From NCBI GenBank assembly GCA_030704615.1, contig CM060733.1:18600001-18664000 (forward strand): a stretch of 64,000 bases of DNA, in the 5' to 3' direction. Within the stretch, counting starts at the first letter, position 1, and the number at the start of each line of letters is the position of its first letter. The position numbers and the translations under genes were made by a program. Below are positions 63,520 to 64,000 of the stretch, piece after piece. The DNA is from Takakia lepidozioides. Lineage: Eukaryota; Plantae; Bryophyta. Below the pieces are notes generated by a model, which saw nothing but the letters and a program-made list of their open reading frames with translations, did no database searches and had not been told where the DNA came from.

Positions 63520-64000
63520 TCATACCGGTACCTGGGTATGGTTATCCACTCCCCCAAGTTTCACTTTGCAGCCACTGCCCTGGACAGATTGACTAAAGGT
63601 AAGGCGGCCTCCGTCCGCCTTCAGGCCAAATGCAAGCAAATACATCTGCGTCATCCCCCAACCAAAAAGTGGCTGTTTGACACCGTCGTCAGCCCTGCTA
63701 CCATCTATGGTTGTGAGTTCTGGGCACCTGGCGTCCCTGTCTCCTGGTGGGAAAAGAATTTGGAACCATTCCAGTCATCTTTTCTCCAAGCAATGCTTGG
63801 CGCCAGGAGCACAACTCCATCTCAGATCCTAGGTGCAGAGTTCGCATGTGTACCATTGCAATCCGAGGCCCTCTTCCGGCTTACAATCTTTCTCCATAGA
63901 TTACAGGCCCTTCCACCCAAGGGGCTCGTGGCAAGGGCCCTCACATGTACAACATCTATGAGGCTCAAAGCTGCAGGTTTCAGGAACTCCTGGTATGCTC
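63520..64000 (+). mobile_element. LINE (RTE-like) ORF2 fragment, RT thumb region, running off the window
   Basis: YRYLG...KKWLFDTVVSPATIYGCEFWAP...LEPFQSSFLQAMLGARSTTPSQILGAEF matches the YxYLG...LFxxxVxPxxxYGxExW pattern of non-LTR RTs. Confidence 0.75.

Overview
This is eukaryotic land-plant DNA. Compact genes with short GT-AG introns and the gene set suggest a non-seed plant, probably a bryophyte such as a hornwort; that assignment is inference. The window has two parts. Bases 1 to ~40.4 kb are gene-dense: an RMA/RNF5-type RING E3 ligase, 3-isopropylmalate dehydratase large subunit, NC2-beta/Dr1, VAMP72, HSCB, RBP45/47, an intronless bacterial MntH-like NRAMP, and a CXE carboxylesterase. 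LINE fragments and a hAT MITE are scattered among them. Bases ~41 to 64 kb are transposon-rich and hold several degenerate, foreign-looking genes. The top finding is a 5'-truncated Ty3/Gypsy element. Its pol frame carries the C-terminal part of a C5 cytosine DNA methyltransferase (motif IX/X-like) upstream of RT, and a PHD finger after the integrase. Next to it are a ParB/DGQHR-like gene remnant, a fungal Crinkler-type nuclease pseudogene and a protist-like Cys-rich domain gene. VAMP72 has duplicated splice donors that can add a VAMP727-like insertion. Exon boundaries were read by eye and no database search was run.
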